DNA of 64,000 bases from the human T2T-CHM13v2.0 reference genome, Homo sapiens: assembly GCF_009914755.1 (NCBI RefSeq), contig NC_060928.1; one strand, written 5' to 3'. The notes beneath the pieces are model-generated. The model worked only from the letters and a program-made list of their open reading frames with translations, had not been told where the DNA came from and searched no databases. Below, one piece after another: positions 57,861 through 64,000 of this stretch. Every line of letters begins with the position of its first letter. The stretch's first letter is position 1. A program made the position numbers and the translations under genes.

Positions 57861-60493
57861 TATTATTATTTTTACAATGTTATTTTCCTGAAGCAGTGGA
57901 TGGCAAGTGTTTTGTTTAAAATTCATTATAACCTATGAGAAATGTAATACATGAAACTATTTCTCTTTTATGAGGAGCTCAACAATCACTGTATGTCATA
58001 AAAACACAGAGAAATTGTTCACAATGATGGAATGACAACCCGTCATAACCAGTAAGTAGATCAGCCCTGGAATCAGACTGCCTGGCTGTGTCCTGATTCA
58101 ACTCATTTTTGCCTATGTGACCTTGGGCAAGTTACTTCATGGTGCCTCAATTGTTATCTAACCTCTAATTTATTTAAATGTAATACATATTAGTTACAAA
58201 TGAAAATCACTAAGAAGAGTGTTTGGCACTTATTACCTGGGCAAAGACTGGAGGAAGGGAGAGGCAGAAGTTTGCATCCCCTTCACTATTTTTCTTTTTT
58301 TGCCTTGGCAGCTTTACTCTTCTTTTGCTTTGAACAAATACAAACAAAACCTTAACCAACTAAAAGCATAAGCAAAAAAGATCTAAGTTCTTAGAGGAAA
58401 AAAAAGTGATGGGGTAATATCTCCTTTCCTTAAAGAATTAGTCTTTCCTTTTCCTAATTCACTGCTAAGTAGCTCTGTATCATCTCTGTCCATCCCTTCA
58501 TTCAGCAAAACTGATCCGAGTACCTATGTTGTGCTGGGAACTGTTCCAAGTGCCAGAGCCATAGAGAGGACAAAAGAGAAGATATCCTTAGCCTGATAGA
58601 ATTTATACTAGCAAGGAAAAAAAACACTCAGTTCTGGCTCCAAATCCTAGAGGTTAGACATGCAATTTAAAATTTCTCATTAGCTAAATTCTATTCTATC
58701 AAAGCCACTTAGTGGTAGTGTCCAGTTGATATCATGAATCTTAATGCATTTCAAGTTTTTATCTTGAAATTGGTTATGGCTCATTGTGCCTGAGCAATGC
58801 TGAAGAATTATATGGAATATCAAAAGTTAAAGCTAAATATGCTTTTACTATTTGCTATTCATGCTATGTTTCATAAAGGGAATATTTTTAATTATCAAAT
58901 TAATTTGCTCAACCAGATAATTAAACCAGGCAATTCAGTCCTTGGGTGACACTACAATTAATTCAAATAAGAAACCATCCAATTTTCATTTCCATGTGTG
59001 CCATAACTCTGATCTCAATAGCTGTTTTGATACTGACTTCTGTTCAACCTCTTCTCTCCCTGAGCCTTTCATCAGAACTACTTGGGAAGGAACGAGATAG
59101 GCTTACATCAGTTTCTCATCCTCTCCTAGGAGGTTTCATAAATATTTGTTGACTTAATGACCTATCTTCTCTTGCTGCAATACTCTAGTGTTGCTAAAGC
59201 AGAAGTTAAAATGGCTAAGAGAAAAGTTGCAAGAGGGAAAAGTTGTCCCTAAAAACTTGAAGGCTGGCTAAATTAAGACTATAACTCATTAATTAAGTAG
59301 AATGATTCCTTGGGAATGACTGTATAATTTTAAAGGTGCCTACAAAGATATATACGGCAAATAATAATCATAAAATTGGCATGTTCAAATAATCAACGTA
59401 TATAAAACAATCTTTTATATACTATAAATAGAATAATACATGTTTATTAATTTGTTTAGATAGACAACTTCTGCCTCACACTTAAGGCCCCAAAGGAACA
59501 AGAATAAAAGCAATACTTAGATTATCAGGAACTACAATGCCAATGAAGGAATGACAACCATCATTGTTGTCAACAACATGTCAACAACATCAACAAATAG
59601 AAAGCATTCCTCCATTCATCACTCCTTCTGGGTAAGCCAGTTTTAACTTTTTTCCCTAAAACTCAAAAAGTTGTGCCAGAATGTGACAAAACGTTCTATA
59701 ACTTTAATCCCTGTTTAGATAATTTTTTGCTTCTATATACAAAAGAGAAAAAAATTGAGTAGTCATTATAAGATCTATACATTACAAAAATAAATCATTT
59801 GCCTATCTAACCATTATAATCTTCCCAACTTGTAAGCATGTTCAAATTACCACAGATGAAGGAAACCATTTAAATAATTCTAAAAACACCGGTTTTAATT
59901 GTAAGATATGTCATTTGATTTGTGTGTTGGTCAAAAGTACCTAAATTATCTTTTTAAATCATTGGTATAAAACCAAAACATCTTCCAGAACCACAATAAT
60001 AATTGTTTTCTTTTCTCCTGGTGCATTTCTTAAAATGTTAACTTCAGCAGCAGTATTTGAATAAAAACACTTTTTGAGCACATGGTATTGTGATTAGAAG
60101 TGCAGATTCTTAAGTCAAATTGCCTAAGTGTGCATTTTACCTCCACTGCTTATGATCTATGTGGCGTTACCCTCTCTGAGACATAGTCCATGTTAGTAAC
60201 ATGGAGAAAATAGAACTTGCCTTACAGGGTTGGTGAGAAGATAAAATGTGATCTCTCTATCAACTGCTCAATAGGATGCCTGATATATAGAAATTATTCA
60301 GCACATATTAAATATTACCATCAATTAAACATTACCATCATCATGATTAGATCAACAATTTTGCTATTTCATGATTCAATATGTTATGTTTTCTACAAAT
60401 AGAGCAACCAGTTTTATGTTTTTATAAATGTTTGCAGAAAATCATAACAGGCAAAATATTTATTATATATCTGGAAAAATCTGTGAAACCCAC

Positions 60494-60660
60494 CTGCCAG
60501 CACAAAGATATGGTTTCCTGGTTCTCCTTGCTTAATAATGTAACTCCCTTGCTGATAGTTTCTCCCATACATGCATTCCACCATGTCTTTGATCTGCTGA
60601 GGATCCAGTCTTTTCAGAAACTGATTTTTATTAAGGGCATCTGTAATGAGCTTCTTCTCA
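60494..60660 (-). CDS. PRKG2: PRKG2 coding exon (exon 3), start of cNMP-binding domain A
   Basis: ataccag|TGAGAAG...CTGGCAG|gtgggt; 167 nt; translates (S)EKKLITDALNKNQFLKRLDPQQIKDMVECMYGRNYQQGSYIIKQGEPGNHIFVLA. Confidence 0.96.
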
Positions 60661-63124
60661 CTGGTATAATGGAAAAGAGATGTTAGTTACAATTAATGAA
60701 AATCATGTTTTACTATTTAGATTCACTTTATTCTGATTCTCAATAATATTATCTACAAACTTATAACTTTCTAGCAAGAACAACCTTTTTCTAACCCCAC
60801 CAAACATTTCACCCTTATAACTACCATAGCTTACATGAAAAACCTAAGAAAATGTTTTTGAATATTATTCTGATAGTCATCATGACACCAATATTATCAT
60901 TCCTAATTGCCATCACCACAAATGTAGCATTTCTCAAGATCCATAGATGCACTACTAATGGACACATGATTTTTTAGATGGAAAGCAAATCTCATGGATA
61001 CAAAGGAGTTGTATTTAAGGGACTACAATACAGTCTTCACTCACTGATGTATTCATGTATGCATAGTGCCTACAGTTGTAGTTATTTTATATTTTATTTA
61101 ATCCTCATTATCATATTATGAGATAATTACTATTCCTATTTTAGGAAGAAGTAGACTAAGAGGTAAGAAGCAACTAATTTTTCATGGGATTTGAAACTAA
61201 GTAGGTGAATCTGAAGTCTGCGCTGCTTCCATTCCATCCCATTGTCTCTTCTGAGGGAGAAAGCTTCTAAGGGAGAAAGCCTTTGGGGCTTGGTAAGTTT
61301 GATCAGACATAGATGGTGACAGTGATAGTCTAGGTTTGACTAGGTTTTACTCTAGATATGGGTGGACTAGACAGAACTGACATTTCCAATCTCACAGTCC
61401 ATTCTTTCCTCAAATCCAAGTTCTACTTGCTGATAATCCTATAATGCTCTGCTTTATTTTGGAAAAGATGTAGCTCAAGATAGCTACCCAATCTTCATTA
61501 ACATAAATTTAAAATGTTTTAATGAAAATTATTCATATGTAGATATCATAAAATTATTGTGCTGCAAGAAAAGATGCTCTATGGGCTAAGTCAGATCTGC
61601 ACAATATATTTACTCTCGATCATAAAACTCAGCATGATTTTTTAAGTACTTTTTTCTGTATCTTTCATTCAAACTCTCTCCCAATTACTGTTTGGAAGCT
61701 GGTGATCTTTTTCTACACAAAAAGTTTTCAAACAAAAGGTAAGACTTCATGAAATTAAATAATTCTTTCATGACTCTATCCATCATATCTTTAGGCTACA
61801 TGAAGAAAACAGAATGAAGTCTTGTACAAAGAAATTTCTTCTTCCCTACAGTGACTCAAAGCTATTCAAATTATTTGAGTGCCTTGAGAAGTTCCATCTA
61901 ATCTATTACTAAATCGTATCAATTTGTTTTAAAAAGTATCACTGTTATCCATTTTATTTCCCATTTTCAAGGATGGCACCACAGTCCAAGAACAAATCTT
62001 AGGTCTGGACAACTTTAAAATTTTATTTTCTTGGACTTAAGCTTCTAGCCGATTTTCCCTAAAATCCAACTGTATTATATCATCAGATTATTCTTGCTAA
62101 AAAAAAATTTAAAAATGGATTTCATGTTCATCCAATTCATTTTTATCCACTAAAGCCAACTCACTTAATATATATTGAGAACATATCTTTGCTAGGTAAT
62201 TCTCTTAGTACAACTGGTAGAACTGTGAACAATATCAAGAAGCTCCAGCTTTCGCAGACTTTATATGTTAGTATAATATTCCAGTCAGTGTTTCCTCAAT
62301 GCCCACATATACTAATTTTCCAAAGTATGTTCCAAGAACACTGTTTCTTTATAAGCAAAAGTGTGCTAAGTTTAAGCAACTTTGGAAATTTAAAATGCAC
62401 ACTTCAAAGAAGTCTTGCTGTAAACAAATCTCTTTAAACCAGTATTTCTGGAGCTTCAATGTCCTCTTTATTTCTTTCTTTTTTGGTTTAACTTCTTTCT
62501 TTTGGTTCTTCATTTCTTTTTGGTTTAACTTCATTCATTCAACATCCAACATTCCATGGAAGTACTCAAAAAGACTCTTTTGTCCATAGAAAAAAAAAAT
62601 CAATATCCTACAACCCAGTATTTACTATTTTCTACAACATGGCTCCAATCTATCCATCTAGTACTTACTCCCTAAAACAAATTTTTTATTATAGATAAGC
62701 TGGTATCCTTATCATCCCCTATATCTTTGCCTTAAGAGATGGAACATGTTTTCTTTTGTGACTTAACTTACTTTTTACCCCTCAACCTTTCCAAACCTTA
62801 TACATTCACCAAGAAACCCCTCATGATTTTAAATTGGATGATTTTAAATGGATGCTGCAGTTTACACCATCCTTTCTTTCTCCTGTGAATTCCTAGAGTA
62901 CTTATATTCATATCTATTCTGCTTTTAAAATGTCATTAAGCACTTACTTAGGACATAAAAATTAATTAAACATGACCCATGGCCTCAAAAAGTTTCCAAA
63001 CTTTTATAACTTGGTGTATAGACATATTGTAATAGTCTCTAATTAGTGAAATTATCTCTATGAATTTTTCTCAAAAGTAGATTATAAATTTAAAACAACT
63101 TATTTTAAAAATCTGGTAAGTTTC

Positions 63125-63408
63125 GGCCAGGCGCGGTGGCTCACGCCTGTAATCCCAGCACTTTGGGAGGCCGAGGCGGGCAGATCACGAGGTCAGGAGA
63201 TCGAGACCATCCTGGCTAACACAGTGAAACCCCGTCTCTACTAATACAAAAAAATTAGCCGGGCATGGTGGTGGGTGCCTGTAGTCCCAGCTGTGGAGGC
63301 TGAGGCAGGAGAATGGCGTGAACCCAGAAGGCGGAAGTTGTAGTGAGCCGAGCTCGCGCCACTGCACTCCAGCCTGAGTGGCAGAGCAAGACTCCATCTC
63401 AAAAAAAA
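63125..63408 (+). mobile_element. AluY-like
   Basis: ggccaggcgcggtggctcacgcc...ccatctcaaaaaaaa; no clear TSD. Confidence 0.93.
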
Positions 63409-63721
63409 GAATATAAACTTTGCAACTCTTTCTACAACTATGACAGACCAGCTATTACCAGCATAACTCTTCCTGCTCCCACAAAACAACTATAAAAGCT
63501 GATTAGATAGATAGATAATCTATTGGAAGTATTGAAGATCTATCAACATAGCAACAACTTAGAGTCATGATCTACAAGAGAACATGAGGCTGACAGTCTC
63601 CTCAGCATTTCCTACAAGGCAGTTGCTGCTTTTCAGGCAGCTACTGAACACAGTCTTGGCTATCTCAAAGACAAAAGTTCAGGTTTAAAGCACACCATGA
63701 AGTGGGATGATAGGATGCTTA

Positions 63722-63848
63722 GTTCTTACTCCTAGGCTGCAGCCCTTCAGGTGTCCCATCTGAAATCCTGGGTGTCTACCTGGGGTCCTGGTAACCACCC
63801 AGGATTTCAGATGGGACACCTGAAGGGCTGCAGCCTAGGAGTAAGAAC
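63722..63848. repeat. Perfect 53-bp inverted repeat with 21-nt spacer
   Basis: 63722-63774 is the exact reverse complement of 63796-63848 (checked base by base). Confidence 0.97.
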
Positions 63849-64000
63849 AAAGCAAAATAGGCTAGCTCTCAAAAACACTGAAAACCAGCTACCAAACCAA
63901 CAAAACCCTATTTTGGTTACAACTATCAGCCACTAGCTTAACTGCCTGCCAGAAGTAAAAGTAAGCATTCTCCATTGGAAGTTCATAAAATCTAGACACT

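Noticed and set aside
62349-62534. Lys-rich 61-aa ORF
   Set aside because: Comes from an imperfect ttcttttt(t)ggtttaacttc tandem repeat; no exon support

Overview
This is primate (very likely human) intragenic DNA. The minus strand carries 12 consecutive coding exons (1,315 nt) of PRKG2 (cGMP-dependent protein kinase II). I traced every exon by hand: all have GT-AG boundaries, and their phases join into one open frame running from cNMP-binding domain A through domain B into the kinase domain, ending at the YRDLKPEN catalytic loop. Exon and residue numbers (exons 3-14, about aa 154-592 of 762) come from my memory of the canonical transcript. The start codon and the last exons lie outside the window. 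The rest is intron dominated by retroelements: a full-length L1PA3/PA2-type element with a young AluYa inside it, an older near-full-length L1PA with an ORF1 deletion, L1 fragments, seven other Alus, LTRs, MER DNA-transposon fossils and MIRs. Almost all ORFs in the supplied track are repeat-derived or spurious. I cannot show a new biological system from sequence alone. The best leads are (1) an antisense L1 promoter only 32 nt upstream of exon 7, which could yield a kinase-domain-only PRKG2; (2) a perfect 53-bp inverted repeat at 63.7 kb; (3) opposite-strand splice donors at 50.7 kb that suggest an internal bidirectional start; and (4) inverted repeat pairs bracketing exons.
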